From contig SLTJ01000024.1 in the NCBI GenBank assembly GCA_004347685.1, positions 107,401 through 171,400 on the forward strand: DNA of 64,000 nucleotides, read 5' to 3'. The notes below the pieces were generated by a model. It searched no databases, was not told where the DNA came from, and saw only the letters and a program-made list of their open reading frames with translations. Origin of the DNA: Clostridia bacterium. Lineage in GTDB: Bacteria > Bacillota > DSM-521 > Neomoorellales > SLTJ01. This document shows, piece after piece, positions 29,273 through 39,273 of the stretch. A program made the position numbers and the translations under genes. How positions within the stretch are numbered: position 1 is the first letter of the stretch; the number at the start of each line of letters is the position of its first letter.

Positions 29273-29988
29273 TGCCTTTTCGCCCCCCGCGCCAGGATCA
29301 GGGAGAAATACGACATTTCCCGGTCCACCCATTCGTCCAGATCCCGGCTGCATATTTCGTCCGGAAAGCCGCAGCGGCTGACCAGCACCGCCTCCTGTTC
29401 CAACCCTTTACGGCGCAGAAGTTCTACCCATTCGCGGTAGCGGCCGGCAGCCTTCAGGATCACCACGGTGGAGAAGCAGTCCAGGAGGGACGCCATCGCG
29501 GATACCGCAATGGATCCCGGTACTACGGCCAGGGTTTCGTCACCTTCCGCCAGGGGCCAGGCCGCGGCACTAGCCGCGGCGGCAAAACTGGTCACCCCAG
29601 GGACATTTTCCACCGCCAGCCCCGGCATGAGTTGCTGCAGGTGCTCGCGAAGGTAGGCATAGGTGCTATAGGTAAACAGGTCGCCCAGGGTGAGGAAGGC
29701 CACGTCTAGCCCCTGCTCCAGTCGGCGGGCTATTTCCCGGGCGCTCCCGGCCCACGCCTCCTGCCGCTGGTCCCGGTCCCTCGTCATAGGCAGGAGCAGT
29801 TCGAGTATTTCCTGGCCCGGGCGGAGATAAGGGGCAGCTACTTCTAGCGCTAAGCTGGGCCGGTCCGGCCCCCCCTTGGGTACGGCTACTACCGATACCC
29901 GGCCTAGGATACGGCTGGCCTTAACGGTCAGCAATTCGGGGTCCCCCGGCCCCAGACCCAGGCCGTAAAGCTTACCCGGCACATGCAT
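29269..29988 (-). CDS. cbiL: Cobalt-factor II / precorrin-2 C20-methyltransferase
   Basis: GLGPGDPELLTVKA, PMTRD, FLTLGD..YST, YFSLI. Confidence 0.93.
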   Translation of the reverse strand: MHVPGKLYGLGLGPGDPELLTVKASRILGRVSVVAVPKGGPDRPSLALEVAAPYLRPGQEILELLLPMTRDRDQRQEAWAGSAREIARRLEQGLDVAFLTLGDLFTYSTYAYLREHLQQLMPGLAVENVPGVTSFAAAASAAAWPLAEGDETLAVVPGSIAVSAMASLLDCFSTVVILKAAGRYREWVELLRRKGLEQEAVLVSRCGFPDEICSRDLDEWVDREMSYFSLILARGAKRQ

Positions 29989-30586
29989 CACCTTTCTTCC
30001 CACGGATAATGTAAACGCGAGTAAGATGGCGAAAGGCATGATTTTGTCCCCCCAGGCGCTGCATCTGCCCGACCTCGAGCTCCCAGGCCTCGGTTTCAGC
30101 CTGCAGGCGGTGGAATTCGGCCAGGGCCGTGGTCAGGGTTCCCAGGGTAACAGCATTAACCACGATTAGTCCCCCTGATAGCATTTTTTCCCAGCAGACG
30201 GCCAGAATGCCGGCCAGGTGCCCGCGGTTACCCCCTACCATCACCCGGTCCGGCCGCGGCAGCGAAGCCAGGACCTCTGGCGCCAGGCCGGTGACCACCT
30301 GGACGTTTTCCAGGCCGAAGGCCCGGGCGTTGGCCCGCACCAAGGCCGCCGCCTCCGGATTGGCCTCCACTGCGTATACCTGGCCGGGGAAGACGAAGCG
30401 GGCGGCCTCTACGCTCAAGGAGCCAGTCCCGGCGCCGATGTCATATACTGTCTGCCCGGATGCCAGGCCGGCCTTACTTATGGTTACTACCCGTACCTCC
30501 TCCCGGGTCATGGGCAGACCCTCCAGCCGGATAAATTCCGCGTCGGCGATACCCGGGGTGGCAAAGGGCCAGTGTCTCTCAGGCAT
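29972..30586 (-). CDS. cbiT: Cobalt-precorrin-6B C15-methyltransferase (decarboxylating)
   Basis: PMTREEVR, DIGAGTGSLSVEAA. Confidence 0.92.
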   Translation of the reverse strand: MPERHWPFATPGIADAEFIRLEGLPMTREEVRVVTISKAGLASGQTVYDIGAGTGSLSVEAARFVFPGQVYAVEANPEAAALVRANARAFGLENVQVVTGLAPEVLASLPRPDRVMVGGNRGHLAGILAVCWEKMLSGGLIVVNAVTLGTLTTALAEFHRLQAETEAWELEVGQMQRLGGQNHAFRHLTRVYIIRGKKGDACAG

Positions 30587-31199
30587 CTAGCAGCACCACC
30601 AGGTTCAAGGCGCTGAAATTCTCGGCAATACCCTGGCCGGCGTCAATGCGGGTGATGCGTTCTTCCGGGTACCCCAGGTTCTCACATACGTACATGACCT
30701 TACGTACCCCCCGGTCCAGCAGGTAGCGGGCTATGGCTGTCGGTGAATGGTGCCGGTCGGTGAGGACGGCCACCCGGGGAAGGTCCAAGACGGCCTCCAG
30801 CTCGTCCCAGTCATGGCCGTGCAGGCTGATCACCCTGGCCTGACTCGTATCTTCTTTGAGGCGGGCAAAGGCCAGTTGCCACGGGCTGAGACCTGGGTGA
30901 ACCTCCATTTCTTCCGGGGCAAACTCCTGCCGCAACCGGGGCAACAGGCTATGAAAACATGGGTCGCCAGAAAGGAGAACGGCTACCCTCTGAGTGCGCG
31001 CCCGGGCGCGTATATAGGCGATGGTATCTTCCAGGGGCAGGCTGATTTCCCTTTTTTCGGCCACAGATTCCGGGAAAAGCTCCAGGGCCCGGCGGCTGCC
31101 TACCAGGACCGTGGCCCGGGCTGCGGCCGCGGCGGCTGCCGGGAGAAGATATTCCCGGCTACCTGGTCCGATGCCTATCACCAGCACTCTGGCCGGCAT
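30579..31199 (-). CDS. cbiE: Cobalt-precorrin-7 C5-methyltransferase
   Basis: IGIGPG, SGDPCF, SLHG, ENLGYPEERI. Confidence 0.92.
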   Translation of the reverse strand: MPARVLVIGIGPGSREYLLPAAAAAAARATVLVGSRRALELFPESVAEKREISLPLEDTIAYIRARARTQRVAVLLSGDPCFHSLLPRLRQEFAPEEMEVHPGLSPWQLAFARLKEDTSQARVISLHGHDWDELEAVLDLPRVAVLTDRHHSPTAIARYLLDRGVRKVMYVCENLGYPEERITRIDAGQGIAENFSALNLVVLLDA

Positions 31200-32452
31200 C
31201 CAAGCGTACCTCCCAGTTCCCGGGCCGGCGGCGTACAGGCCAGCATCTGGCCATCAGGCCCGGTAATGATAACCCCTATCTCCCAGTCACGCTCCGGGCC
31301 GGGGGTAAAGCGGTGCAGGAAGCCCCTGACCTTCTCCCCGGCGGCGACAGCCACCCTTTCCAGAACCGGTGCCTTGAGACCGGCCTGGTCCAGGCAGTCC
31401 ACGGCCTGGCCCACGGAAGCGGCGGCCATGATCCCGGCTACTACCGGGGCTGGGGCTCCCAGCAGGGCGGCATGAGCCGCTAGGGTTTCCCGGCGGGCGT
31501 CAGCCACCCGGTTGTGGGTGTTGAAAATACCGGCCGCCAGTTTCACCAGTTTGCCCGGCTCGCCCAAGAGGATAAACCGCTCCACGCCCCGGCCGGCTGC
31601 TTCCTCGAGCATAAAGCCGAAAAAGTTCCCGGCCTGGACCACGGCCGGGGCCGGAAAGCCGTACCGGCAGGTGGCGACCTGCTGGCTTTTCCTTCCCGGG
31701 GTGAGAACCAGAAGACTGTTACCCCCAGCCAGGGCCATATCAATCTGCGGCACCAGGGACTGACAGTAGGCTTCCTCGGACATGGGTTCGACAATCCCGG
31801 TCGTGCCGAGAATGGATAGACCGCCGGTGATGCCTAGTTGCGGGTTCATGGTTCTCCTGGCCAGATGCTTTCCTTCGGGAAGGGCCACGGTTACCATGAC
31901 GCCCCCGGCAGGCACCACTTCCCGGACGGTCCGGGTGATCATCTCGCGCGGCACCGGGTTTATGGCTGCTTCCCCGACGGGCACGGGCAGCCCTGGCCGC
32001 GTCACCCGGCCTACCCCGGTCCCGCCGACAATGGTCACCTGCTCTCCAGCCGCTTCCTCGATAATGGCGATGATCTTTACTCCGTGGGTAACATCCGGGT
32101 CATCCCCGGCGTCTTTGACGACGTAGGCCCAGGCCCTGCCCCGCCTCGCCTTCCCAGCCGCCACCGGGATAACCAGGCGCTCCCCCTGCGGGTTGGCGAC
32201 ACTTACCTCATCAGGACAGGGCTGGCCGGTCCACAACATAGCGGCTGCCTTGGCCGCGGCCGCAGCCCCGGCCCCGGTGGTAAATCCCCGACGCCAATAC
32301 CGGCCACGGTAGTAACGAAAACCAAAAGGGCTGTCAAAAGCGTCGCCCGGCCGCCTACCGGTTCGGAGCTCACCTGGGGGCTGGCCGCGTTGCCGGCCAG
32401 TAGTACGGTTTTGGTAGGTCAGTCCCGGCATTTTCAATATCTTTCTCCTCAT
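31178..32452 (-). CDS. cbiD: Cobalt-precorrin-5B C1-methyltransferase
   Basis: GFTTG, KDAGDDPDVTHG, AINPVPR, GLSILGTTGIVEPMS; N-terminal extension, so the start is uncertain. Confidence 0.95.
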   Translation of the reverse strand: MRRKILKMPGLTYQNRTTGRQRGQPPGELRTGRRPGDAFDSPFGFRYYRGRYWRRGFTTGAGAAAAAKAAAMLWTGQPCPDEVSVANPQGERLVIPVAAGKARRGRAWAYVVKDAGDDPDVTHGVKIIAIIEEAAGEQVTIVGGTGVGRVTRPGLPVPVGEAAINPVPREMITRTVREVVPAGGVMVTVALPEGKHLARRTMNPQLGITGGLSILGTTGIVEPMSEEAYCQSLVPQIDMALAGGNSLLVLTPGRKSQQVATCRYGFPAPAVVQAGNFFGFMLEEAAGRGVERFILLGEPGKLVKLAAGIFNTHNRVADARRETLAAHAALLGAPAPVVAGIMAAASVGQAVDCLDQAGLKAPVLERVAVAAGEKVRGFLHRFTPGPERDWEIGVIITGPDGQMLACTPPARELGGTLGCRPECW

Positions 32453-32458
32453 AAGATA

Positions 32459-32490
32459 AACCCCCCAGCTTTACCTAAGCTGGGGGGTTA
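32459..32490 (-). promoter_or_regulatory. Hairpin covering the cbiD SD (riboswitch expression platform or terminator)
   Basis: aacccccagctt-aggt-aaagctggggggtt immediately before ATG 32452. Confidence 0.55.
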
Positions 32491-32540
32491 ACTTGCTGCC
32501 AAAACCACCTTCCCCATCAACCGTAGGTAAAGCGGCAAGC

Positions 32541-32738
32541 GCTCCGGATCGGTATCCTGGCTCTGGTTCATCACTGCCTGCGCCTTCCCGTCCAGCACTC
32601 ATATAAACAAAATCTTCCCGTTGCGGGAACCTGTCTCCGCACATACGGTACACGAGTGCAGGATAGTGGCCCTTGCAGGCAGCTCCCCCTTACAGTGGCG
32701 GGACCGCGCCGGATTCGCACCGGCTTCCCTCCCGGAGC
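32541..32738 (-). promoter_or_regulatory. Cobalamin riboswitch (atypical, with a long structured insertion)
   Basis: GGGAAgccGGTGcgAATCCggcgCgGtCCcGCCACTGT, GCCACT..GGGAAGGC, B12 box AGCCAGGATACC; P1 gctccgg/ccggagc. Confidence 0.93.
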
Positions 32739-32771
32739 CTCGCACTATGCAGTTTACATGCAGGTTAACCA

Positions 32772-32849
32772 CCCTGAAATTAGAGGTGGTCCTACCCCAC
32801 CGCCGTTTTCATACCTCTGATGGTGCCACCTGGGTGGCATGGGGGTCTA
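32772..32849 (+). repeat. Dispersed repeat family, copy 2
   Basis: ccctgaaattagaggtg..ccgttttcatacctctgatggtGCCACC-tg-GGTGGCatgggggtct. Confidence 0.75.
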
Positions 32850-32927
32850 CTCAGCCCCCAGGCCGCACCTTCTCAGCCAAAGACTTGAGCACCAGGCCAA
32901 ATGCCGAAATGCTGCGACCGGTCTCCC

Positions 32928-33533
32928 TCACTCGCACTTCCCACTCCCCACGTCCCCTTCCGGCCGACCCTTGATCAGTACGGGTATCCCGGCCACCACC
33001 AGGTAAACCCTGGCGGCGGCTCTGGCCACTATCTGGTTGGCCAGTCCGAGGACATCCCGGTAGATTCTCCCGGCCTGGTACTCCGGCACCAGCGCCATGC
33101 CCACCTCGTTCGTTACTACGACCAGGCTGGCTTGGGCCCCTAGCCCGACCGCGGTCAAGCGTTCGACCTGGGTCAAAACCTCTTCCTGGCGTCCGGCCGG
33201 CAGATTCAGTTCCTTCTGGCCCGCATCCGGGAAAATCCCCCGCAAAAGCCGGTTCGCCACCCAGACGGACAGGCAATCGAGCAAAATCACCTGCCGCCGG
33301 CCTGCCTCCGCCTGTACCGCCGGCACCAGCTCCAGCGGGGCCTCTACGGTCCGCCAGGATGCCGGCCGCTGATCCCGGTGGTGCTGAATACGGGCCGCCA
33401 TCTCGGGGTCTGTCACTTGGGCCGTGGCTATATATACTACTTCGAGACCGCTCGTACAGGCCAGGTTCTGGGCAAAACTGCTCTTGCCACTTCTGGCTCC
33501 GCCCAGCACCAGCACGACTTCCCCCGGCTCCAC
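32928..33533 (-). CDS. cobU: Bifunctional adenosylcobinamide kinase / adenosylcobinamide-phosphate guanylyltransferase
   Basis: LGGARSGKS, EMAARIQHH, LLDCL, TNEVGM. Confidence 0.96.
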   Translation of the reverse strand: MEPGEVVLVLGGARSGKSSFAQNLACTSGLEVVYIATAQVTDPEMAARIQHHRDQRPASWRTVEAPLELVPAVQAEAGRRQVILLDCLSVWVANRLLRGIFPDAGQKELNLPAGRQEEVLTQVERLTAVGLGAQASLVVVTNEVGMALVPEYQAGRIYRDVLGLANQIVARAAARVYLVVAGIPVLIKGRPEGDVGSGKCE

Positions 33534-33569
33534 CGCTTCCCGCCAGCCTCCCGTAACCTGTCGGGGTCA

Positions 33570-33598
33570 ATTATAGCCCATCGCGCCCCACCTGGCAA
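33570..33598 (-). promoter_or_regulatory. Sigma-A promoter upstream of cobU
   Basis: TTGCCA-N17-TATAAT. Confidence 0.7.
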
Positions 33599-33726
33599 CC
33601 CTTAGATTTGACCTACCCCGAGCCAATGTTCTAGGCAACCTTGGCCAGGAAGTGTTGAAGAAAGGTTTCGGCCCGGCGGCAGGGTTGGCGCCTCGGGTTC
33701 GCCCCATCGTCCCGGGCCCGGGCTTC

Positions 33727-34548
33727 TCACCCGGCCGCGGCCTGCTGCAGGGCCGCGACAATGACATCCGAAACGGCGCAGGTGCCCAGCGGGGCCCGGT
33801 CGTCACCCGGAAGTCCGTGGAAGTCGGAGCCACCAGTGGCGATCAGGCCTTGCCGCCGGCAGAGTTCGGCCAGTTCCCGGGTGGTTTCCTCGTCATGCCC
33901 GGGATAGTAAACCTCCAGGCCCTTGAGTTTACCGTCCTGCAGGAGTTGCTCCAGCAGGGCCGGGTCTTTGATCAGCCCAGGGTGAGCCAGGACCGGCACT
34001 CCCCCGGCCGCCAGCACCAGGTCAATAGCCTCCTGGGGGCTGAATTTGGTCCTAGGAACATAGGCCGGGGCCCCGGTGCCGAGAAAACGGACAAAAGCTT
34101 CATCCACGCTGGAGACATAGCCCTTATCAATCATCACCTCAGCAATGTGAGGCCGGCCGATGGAGGCCGCATCACCAGCCCTGGCCAGGACTTCTTCCCA
34201 CTTCAAGGGCATGCCCAGGGCGGCGAGTTTCTCCAGAATGCGCCGGCCCCGCCGGCAGCGGCCTTCCTGGCGGGAAGAAAGAACCTCACGCAGCTCGGGG
34301 TTAAACGGGTCAATAAAATACCCGAGGATATGTACTTCATGTTCATCCCACAGGGTGCTGAGTTCGATGCCCGGCACCAGCCGCAGGTCGAGATGTCCGG
34401 CGGCTTCCTGCGCCGGCGGCAAACCGTCAGTGGTGTCGTGGTCGGTGATGGCGAGCGCGTGCAGGCCCGCCTCCCTGGCCAGGATCACCACCTGTTCCGG
34501 CGTGCGGCCCCCGTCGGAAGCCCGGGTGTGAACGTGGAGGTCAACCAA
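33727..34548 (-). CDS. PHP-domain phosphoesterase (TrpH/YciV-like)
   Basis: DLHVHTRASDG, ITDHD, HILGY, GRPHIA, LAHP, GGSDFHG. Confidence 0.92.
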   Translation of the reverse strand: MVDLHVHTRASDGGRTPEQVVILAREAGLHALAITDHDTTDGLPPAQEAAGHLDLRLVPGIELSTLWDEHEVHILGYFIDPFNPELREVLSSRQEGRCRRGRRILEKLAALGMPLKWEEVLARAGDAASIGRPHIAEVMIDKGYVSSVDEAFVRFLGTGAPAYVPRTKFSPQEAIDLVLAAGGVPVLAHPGLIKDPALLEQLLQDGKLKGLEVYYPGHDEETTRELAELCRRQGLIATGGSDFHGLPGDDRAPLGTCAVSDVIVAALQQAAAG

Positions 34549-35539
34549 TACTGTTTCCCTGCCTTGGCAAGATGCTTTGCATTACCCGGAGGAAATTTCC
34601 TCCCATTATTTTTTCAACTTCACCCGGGGGATATCCTCTTTCCAGCAGAACTCTCCTGATTTTACTTCGGGAATCGGCCCCTTCCAAGCCGGCCGGAGTG
34701 GAGCTGATGCCGTCGTAATCGCTGCCTAGGCCCACGTGCTCCAGTCCGGCCACCCGGACGGCATGGCTGATATGGGCCACTACCGCATCCAAACCCACCT
34801 GTCCGGTTCCCAGCAGGCTGGGAGCCAGGGTTATGCCCACCACCCCGCCGGCGGCGGCCAGAGCCTTGAGCTGCTCGTCAGAGAGATTGCGGGGGGTGTC
34901 GCACAGGGCGCGGCAGTTTGAGTGCGAAGCAATCACCGGTTGGGAGCTGGCCTCCAGCACGTCCCAGAAACTGCGTTCGGCTAGGTGGGAAACGTCAACC
35001 AGCATTCCCAGGCGGTTCATCTCCCCCACCACTTCTTCCCCCCGGCGGGTCAGGCCGCCGTTGGCTTTTGCCTCTCCGGCCCCTTCGGCCAGCAGGTTGC
35101 GCTGGTTCCAGGTGAGGCTGAGGCAGCGCACCCCCAGGCGGAAGAGAACACGCAGTACAGCGAGGTCCTCCACCGCTTCCGCCCCTTCCACGGCCAGTAC
35201 TGCGCCCAGCCGCCCCGGCCGGGGAAAAGCCGTCAGGTCTTCGGCGGTGAGTATTACCTGGATCCGGTCGGGAAAAAGCTCTGTTTCCCGCCAGAAAGTG
35301 TCAATAAGGTGTAAGGTCCGCCGCCACGCCTGGTAGGGTTTGAACTCGGGTTCAACGTAGACAGCAAAAAACTGGATATCTACCCCGCCGGCGGCCAGAC
35401 GTGGCAGGTCGAGGTGGCCCTCCGGTATATGGTCCAAATGTCTCGCCCCATCAACCAGCCGCAGAAGAGTATCACAATGGGTGTCAATGGCCACCGCCCG
35501 CGCGGGGGTTGCGGGTTCGGAGTGTGGTTGAACTGGCAA
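34541..35539 (-). CDS. Membrane dipeptidase family (M19)
   Basis: DTHCDT, VEGAE, LTWN, VDVSH, ASHSN, RNLSD, GSDYDG. Confidence 0.92.
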   Translation of the reverse strand: MPVQPHSEPATPARAVAIDTHCDTLLRLVDGARHLDHIPEGHLDLPRLAAGGVDIQFFAVYVEPEFKPYQAWRRTLHLIDTFWRETELFPDRIQVILTAEDLTAFPRPGRLGAVLAVEGAEAVEDLAVLRVLFRLGVRCLSLTWNQRNLLAEGAGEAKANGGLTRRGEEVVGEMNRLGMLVDVSHLAERSFWDVLEASSQPVIASHSNCRALCDTPRNLSDEQLKALAAAGGVVGITLAPSLLGTGQVGLDAVVAHISHAVRVAGLEHVGLGSDYDGISSTPAGLEGADSRSKIRRVLLERGYPPGEVEKIMGGNFLRVMQSILPRQGNSIG

Positions 35540-35634
35540 AGGCAGCACTCCCCCTGGATGACAATAAGAATACCGTAAGTAACTACCGCAAATCATTGAC
35601 GGGATGGCCCTTGGTGTCGCCCGCCGTAATTAAC

Positions 35635-35895
35635 CTACCGGGGCTCAACGATGAGCTTGATGGCCGTCCTTTCTTCCCCGTCTATCTGTATGTCGGTGAA
35701 ACCGGGGACGCAAACCAGGTCCATGCCGCCGGGAGCAACAAACCCGCGGGCAATGGCGATTGCCTTAACGGCTTGGTTGAGTGCCCCGGCTCCTATCGTC
35801 TGAATCTCGGCCCCTCCCCTCTCCCGCAGCAGGCCAGCCAGAGCCCCGGCCACAGAGTTCGGGTTAGATTTTGATGATACTTTCAAAACTTCCAT
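35635..35895 (-). CDS. spoVS: Stage V sporulation protein S
   Basis: MEVLKVSSKSNPNSVAGALAG..IGAGALNQAVKAIAIARG. Confidence 0.97.
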   Translation of the reverse strand: MEVLKVSSKSNPNSVAGALAGLLRERGGAEIQTIGAGALNQAVKAIAIARGFVAPGGMDLVCVPGFTDIQIDGEERTAIKLIVEPR

Positions 35896-35917
35896 GGGCA
35901 ACCCTCCTTGCCCCTAT

Positions 35918-35945
35918 ATTCTGCGTTAAGCTAAAGAAATCCTTT
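35918..35945 (-). promoter_or_regulatory. Sigma-H promoter of spoVS
   Basis: AAAGGATTT-N12-GCAGAAT; spoVS is sigma-H dependent in B. subtilis. Confidence 0.75.
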
Positions 35946-35993
35946 TTGTTAACTTTTAAAAATTAAGGAGGACAAGCAATGCCCCCCGCCGTT

Positions 35994-36782
35994 TTACCCG
36001 GGCATAACCAGATTCATACCGGCGATACTAGTTGCCTGCCCGTTGTCAGCAATATCAATAACCACGCCTTGCAGGACCACCGGTCCGGGAGCTACGTCAA
36101 ATTTGGCCGGAAGCTGTGTGATGAACTTCCGGATGACCGGCTCCACAGCGATACCGAGCACTGAATCCCGGGGCCCGGTCATGCCGATGTCAGTCACGTA
36201 GGCCGTACCCTTGGGCAGCAGGCGGGCATCAGCCGTAGGAATGTGGGTATGGGTACCGTAAACCGCGCTTACCCGGCCGTCAAGATACCAGCCCAGGGCC
36301 ATTTTTTCCGCGGTGGCCTCAGCATGGAAATCTACCACTATGGCCGTTGCCTGCTCCCGGAGCGCGGTCACCAGGGAATCCGCAGTGCGAAACGGACAGT
36401 CCAGGCTGGGCATAAAGGCCCTGCCGGCCAGGTTGATCACCGCCACTTTTACCCCTCGGACCAGCGGTACCAGACAGAAACCGTGGCCGGGAGTATCCGG
36501 CGGGTAGTTGGCTGGCCGCAGCAGCCGCTCCCTGTCGCCGATGAAATTATATATCTCCTTCTTATCCCAGATATGATTGCCTGAAGTCAGCACATCTATC
36601 CCGGCCTCAAAGAGTTCATCAGCGACTTCCCGGGTCAGCCCGTTGCCGCCGGCCGCGTTTTCGGCGTTGGCTATGACCAGGTCCGGCCGGTATTCGGTCC
36701 GTAGACCCGGCAGCAGGCTGCCGATTGCTTTCCGCCCGGGCCGACCTACTATATCTCCGATAGCTATTATTCTCAATTTCAA
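35994..36782 (-). CDS. ymdB: YmdB/TIGR00282 metallophosphoesterase
   Basis: GDIVGRPG, NAENAAGG, GNHIWD, DFHAEAT, GTHTH. Confidence 0.95.
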   Translation of the reverse strand: MKLRIIAIGDIVGRPGRKAIGSLLPGLRTEYRPDLVIANAENAAGGNGLTREVADELFEAGIDVLTSGNHIWDKKEIYNFIGDRERLLRPANYPPDTPGHGFCLVPLVRGVKVAVINLAGRAFMPSLDCPFRTADSLVTALREQATAIVVDFHAEATAEKMALGWYLDGRVSAVYGTHTHIPTADARLLPKGTAYVTDIGMTGPRDSVLGIAVEPVIRKFITQLPAKFDVAPGPVVLQGVVIDIADNGQATSIAGMNLVMPG

Positions 36783-36792
36783 CCTCTATCCA

Positions 36793-37326
36793 TTACTTGT
36801 TGAACACCAGCACCCGGCCTGCTTCCCTAAAAGCTATCAGCCTCTTGTCAGGCACGGCTCCCTTAACGTTTTCCAGCATATGCCCGATTAGTTCTTCTTG
36901 CGCCAGCAAGTCTTCTTCCAGAAGGTGCTCGTCATCGCCTTCCGCCAGGATGTCCTGTCCAAAACTTTCCTTGAGTACGCCTGTTATCACCACCAGTTCG
37001 TCCTGCCTGAAGGTCGTCACATCGCGCTTGACCTCGATCATGGAGATACCTTCATAAGTAGAATAATCTATGCTTGCAACTTCCGCCTCTTGCTGCTCAA
37101 GGAAATTCATGGCCGCAATACAGCCCGTGACGGTTTCCCGGAAACTGAGCCATTCGTCAGGGGCGATGATGCGTCCAACCATGAAGGTGAACTTGAGCAA
37201 ATGATCGGTGGGCTCATAGTTGATACTGCCGACTTCAGGGTAGCGGATAAGGATAGAAATAAGCAACCCTACACTGTCCCGGATGTCGTCACTGCTGGTG
37301 GAATGCTTACGGGCCACAACTACCAC
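36793..37326 (-). CDS. Hypothetical protein
   Basis: 177 aa ORF with typical coding composition between rny and ymdB (LLISILIRYPEVG, AFREAGRVLVFNK). Confidence 0.75.
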   Translation of the reverse strand: MVVVARKHSTSSDDIRDSVGLLISILIRYPEVGSINYEPTDHLLKFTFMVGRIIAPDEWLSFRETVTGCIAAMNFLEQQEAEVASIDYSTYEGISMIEVKRDVTTFRQDELVVITGVLKESFGQDILAEGDDEHLLEEDLLAQEELIGHMLENVKGAVPDKRLIAFREAGRVLVFNK

Positions 37327-37329
37327 CTG

Positions 37330-37545
37330 CCCTGAAACTAGAGGTGAGAGGTGGGAAGTGGGAGGTGGGACACTTGTAGGAACCGGCTGCGCCGATTCCT
37401 GATCTTAACTCCCGTCTGTGCCACCGCCCCCGTTTTCATACCTCTGATGGTGACGCCAGCGGCGTCGTGGGCGTCTGCCCTGAAGTCGGAGGCTGGAGGT
37501 CGGACCTCGCTTCCGACCTCCAGCCCTGCCACCGCTTTCATCCAC
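37330..37545 (+). repeat. Dispersed repeat family, copy 3 (full unit plus the start of a second tandem unit)
   Basis: ccctgaaactAGAGGTG AGAGGTG GGAAGTG GGAGGTG..cgttttcatacctctgatggtGACGCC-agc-GGCGTCgtgggcgtctg, then ccctgaag[heptamer hairpin]..ctttcat. Confidence 0.8.
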
Positions 37546-37651
37546 CTCGCGTTGCCGGGTGCAGCCCCGCTCTGGGAGCCTCACCAGGATAAAGGGATGT
37601 TCAACGCGGACATGGCCATTTCCTGCCTGTCCAGGACTAATTTTTTTACCA

Positions 37652-37680
37652 AAAAGAACAGCGGCCCTGCGGACCACCGG
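37652..37680 (-). terminator. Probable rny terminator
   Basis: cggtggtcc-gca-gggccgctg followed by ttcttttt. Confidence 0.55.
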
Positions 37681-37695
37681 GATTGGCGGTCTGAT

Positions 37696-39240
37696 TTACT
37701 TGGCGTACTCCACGGCCCTCACTTCTCTGATAACAATTACTTTAATGTAGCCGGGGTACTCCAGGTCGTTTTCGATTTTCTGCACGATACCTTTGGCCAG
37801 CAAGGTGACGTCGGCGTCGTCAAGCTGGTCGGGCTTGACCATAATCCTGATCTCCCGGCCGGCCTGAATGGCAAAGGACTTTTCCACCCCGGCAAAGGAG
37901 TTGGCGATTTCCTCCAGCTTTTCCAGGCGCTTTAGATAGGCTTCTAAGGTCTCCCGCCTGGCTCCCGGCCGGGCGGCGGAAATGGCATCCGCGGCCTGCA
38001 CCAGTGCCGCCTCTACGGTTTGCGGTTCCACGTCCCCATGGTGGGCGCTGATGGCGTGTACCACTGCCGGGCTTTCCCGGTACCGTTTTACCAACTCCAC
38101 GCCTATGGCCACGTGCGGGCCCTCGACCTCGTGGTTGGTGGCCTTGCCGACGTCGTGCAGGAGTCCAGCCCTTTTGGCTACCTGCACATCCACCCCCAGT
38201 TCGGCGGCCATGGTTCCAGCCAGGGTGGCCACTTCCAGCGAATGCGCCAGGACATTCTGCCCGTAGCTGGTGCGGTACTTGAGCCGGCCCAGCAGCTTGA
38301 TAAGTTCAGAGTGGATGCCATGCAGTCCCAGCTCAAAAACGGCATGTTCGCCTTCCTCGAACATCTTCTGGTCCAATTCTTTCTGGGCCTTTTCCACCAT
38401 TTCCTCGATTCGAGCCGGGTGGATACGGCCATCTACAATGAGCTTCTCCAGGGCCATGCGCGCCACTTCCCTCCGGATCGGATCAAACCCAGACAGGATT
38501 ACGGCCTCTGGAGTATCATCAATGATAAGATCTACCCCGGTCAGGGTTTCTAGAGCCCGGATGTTCCGCCCTTCCCGGCCGATTATCCGCCCCTTCATTT
38601 CGTCGCTGGGCAGCGGCACCACGGAAACAGTGGTTTCAGCCACATAGTCGGCAGAGCAACGCTGAATGGCCTGGCTGATTATTTCCTTGGCCCGCTTGTC
38701 AGCTTCTTCCCGTAACCGGTTTTCGGCTTCTTTGAGCCTGATGGCTATTTCCCGTTTGTTTTCCTGCTCGACCCTGGCCAGGATAAACTCCCGGGCCATC
38801 TCGGATGAAAGGCCGGAAATCCGCTCCAGCTCAGTCAGTTCCTTTTCCTTCATTTTCTGCAGTTCCTCGTACTCACGCTGCAGCTCCTGTTCCTTATCCT
38901 GAAATCCGCTCTCGCGCCGTTCCAAGGATTCTGCTTTGCGGTCCAGCGCTTCCTCACGTTGCACCAGGCGTTTCTCCAGGCGCTGTATTTCATTGCGCCG
39001 TTCCCGTACCTCTTTTTCCCAGTCACTGCGCAGCCGGTGTACTTCTTCCTTGGCTTCCAGAAGCGCCTCCCGCTTCTGGGCCTCGGCCTCCTTCTGCGCC
39101 TCCTCGACTATTTTGGCAGCCTCTTGCTCGGCGGACGCTATCCGGGCCTCGGCCAGCAGTCTTCGCACTAGGTATCCAGCAGCAAATCCCGCTACTGCCA
39201 GTAGGACAGGCAACCAGACCGTAATCGAAATATGTTTCAC
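37696..39240 (-). CDS. rny: Ribonuclease Y
   Basis: N-terminal TM, coiled coil, KH domain ([13 protein letters not shown]), HD domain (GLLHDVGK). Confidence 0.98.
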   Translation of the reverse strand: MKHISITVWLPVLLAVAGFAAGYLVRRLLAEARIASAEQEAAKIVEEAQKEAEAQKREALLEAKEEVHRLRSDWEKEVRERRNEIQRLEKRLVQREEALDRKAESLERRESGFQDKEQELQREYEELQKMKEKELTELERISGLSSEMAREFILARVEQENKREIAIRLKEAENRLREEADKRAKEIISQAIQRCSADYVAETTVSVVPLPSDEMKGRIIGREGRNIRALETLTGVDLIIDDTPEAVILSGFDPIRREVARMALEKLIVDGRIHPARIEEMVEKAQKELDQKMFEEGEHAVFELGLHGIHSELIKLLGRLKYRTSYGQNVLAHSLEVATLAGTMAAELGVDVQVAKRAGLLHDVGKATNHEVEGPHVAIGVELVKRYRESPAVVHAISAHHGDVEPQTVEAALVQAADAISAARPGARRETLEAYLKRLEKLEEIANSFAGVEKSFAIQAGREIRIMVKPDQLDDADVTLLAKGIVQKIENDLEYPGYIKVIVIREVRAVEYAK

Positions 39241-39273
39241 CCCCCATCTTTATATAGGGGCGAACCAACCCAT

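Noticed and set aside
37330-37620. Repeat units as a CRISPR array
   Set aside because: There is no constant-length repeat with unique spacers, copies are dispersed and degenerate, and there are no cas genes.
37338-37935. Small ORFs between rny and the hypothetical gene
   Set aside because: They translate the heptamer/hairpin repeat DNA (SHLPLPTSHL-type low-complexity sequence) and are probably spurious.
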